From the NCBI GenBank assembly GCA_963796275.1, contig CAWCKY010000003.1, positions 1-64,000 of the forward strand: a stretch of 64,000 bases of DNA. The letters are read 5' to 3'. The position numbers were made by a program, and so were the translations under genes. Positions 63,169 to 64,000 of the stretch are shown piece after piece. Each line of letters starts with the position of its first letter. Positions within the stretch are counted from its first letter, which is position 1. The notes below the pieces were generated by a model. It was given only the letters and a program-made list of their open reading frames with translations. It ran no database searches and was not told the origin of the DNA. Origin of the DNA: an uncultured Acidobacteriota bacterium. GTDB taxonomy: Bacteria > Acidobacteriota > Blastocatellia > RBC074.

Positions 63169-63833
63169 TCATTTGAGCGACCGCCAGCGTTCCTGCGACC
63201 ATCCGAACGCGATCACTTCAGCGGTTGGCGCGAACGGATCAGGGACTTTCACGCCTGCCAGGCTGTTTGCAATAAATAATGCCGCTTCACCCTGCACTGA
63301 TGTTTCATCGGGAAGGCGCACGATCAACGCAGGTCCGTCATCGGCAATGCTGCCGACGGAGACAACCTCAATCCCCAAAGGTGTTGGACGATAGCGAATC
63401 GACAAGACCCCACAGTTAGCTGTCGGAGCTCCGCAGGGTGAGACGAGCACTCCTTCGGCCTCGGTAAGCATGAGGCCAGGGGGAACAGGTTTCGCTCTAC
63501 GATACCGGCGACCAAATCACGAACAGTGCGCGGAGTACGCCCCTGGAATTGTTCATTTGCCGCATACATGCAGGCCGCTAAGGCCAACGCCGTTGTCTCG
63601 CCGATACGCTCCGCCGTCCGCGCTACCTCACTGTTCATCATTACCGGAGCGATGGCTATCGGCGCAGCAGTTGAGTTGCCTGCCTCTCTCTCTCGGCGCA
63701 CGATCATCACATGAGGATCGACGACTTTAGTGCCACGCCTGAAATAGCTAGCAATGGAAAACGCCACGAAGAGACTTAGTGCCGTCCCACAAATTACTGC
63801 AATAGGTGATAGTGCTGGTCTCCTCAGGTTCAT
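63169..63833 (-). pseudogene. Hypothetical membrane-anchored transfer-region protein, frameshift at ~63480
   Basis: MNLRR start at 63833 with a TM helix; continues into ORF 63169-63471. Confidence 0.55.
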
Positions 63834-63846
63834 GCTTTCCTCCGGT

Positions 63847-64000
63847 TCAAGCTGCTTGTTCCAGTACACAGGCATCATCCTCAAAGGCCCACGCCACCCA
63901 TTCATCGATTTCGTGATCCGGCTGGTGCGCGGCAAATTCCAATCTCGCGATGCCCTGTCGCAGGTTGAGCAGTTCCTTATGCCGTTTGCCTAGATAACAT
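63847..64000 (-). CDS. C-terminal end of an upstream transfer-region gene (partial)
   Basis: Open frame ...CYLGKRHKELLNLRQGIARLEF...VLEQAA* ends 13 bp before the next ATG. Confidence 0.45.
   Translation of the reverse strand, partial: CYLGKRHKELLNLRQGIARLEFAAHQPDHEIDEWVAWAFEDDACVLEQAA

Overview
The window is a 64-kb slice of a large, partly decayed conjugative element (ICE or plasmid). The host is probably an Acidobacteriota bacterium, inferred from a PadR plus duplicated orphan ABC-permease pair. The right end (52.8-64 kb, minus strand) holds the transfer module: a VirD4-type coupling protein, a very long frameshifted HUH relaxase and pilin-like genes. The middle (13.7-46.4 kb, mostly plus strand) holds backbone genes: Toprim primase, VRR-NUC, MoxR/RavA AAA + VWA, a frameshifted beta-clamp, a DdrB-like SSB and a canonical ssb. 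Cargo includes a Lamassu (ABC three-component) operon followed by a Schlafen/AlbA_2 gene, a trypsin-like protease + Schlafen/AlbA_2 pair, two PIN toxin-antitoxin pairs, a decaying light/stress gene block and a 2157-aa Avs3-like STAND nuclease. The left end is a nest of mobile elements: a RIT element, an istB remnant and a complete IS21 with a 5-bp target duplication. The most notable observations are (1) the Avs3-like gene appears to lie in a ~7-kb integron-type cassette ending in a well-formed attC site, with no integron integrase in the window; (2) the protease-Schlafen pair is a candidate undescribed defence system; (3) the Lamassu SMC has a broken zinc hook and an extra Schlafen gene follows the operon. 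All family calls come from motif recognition by eye, not database searches.
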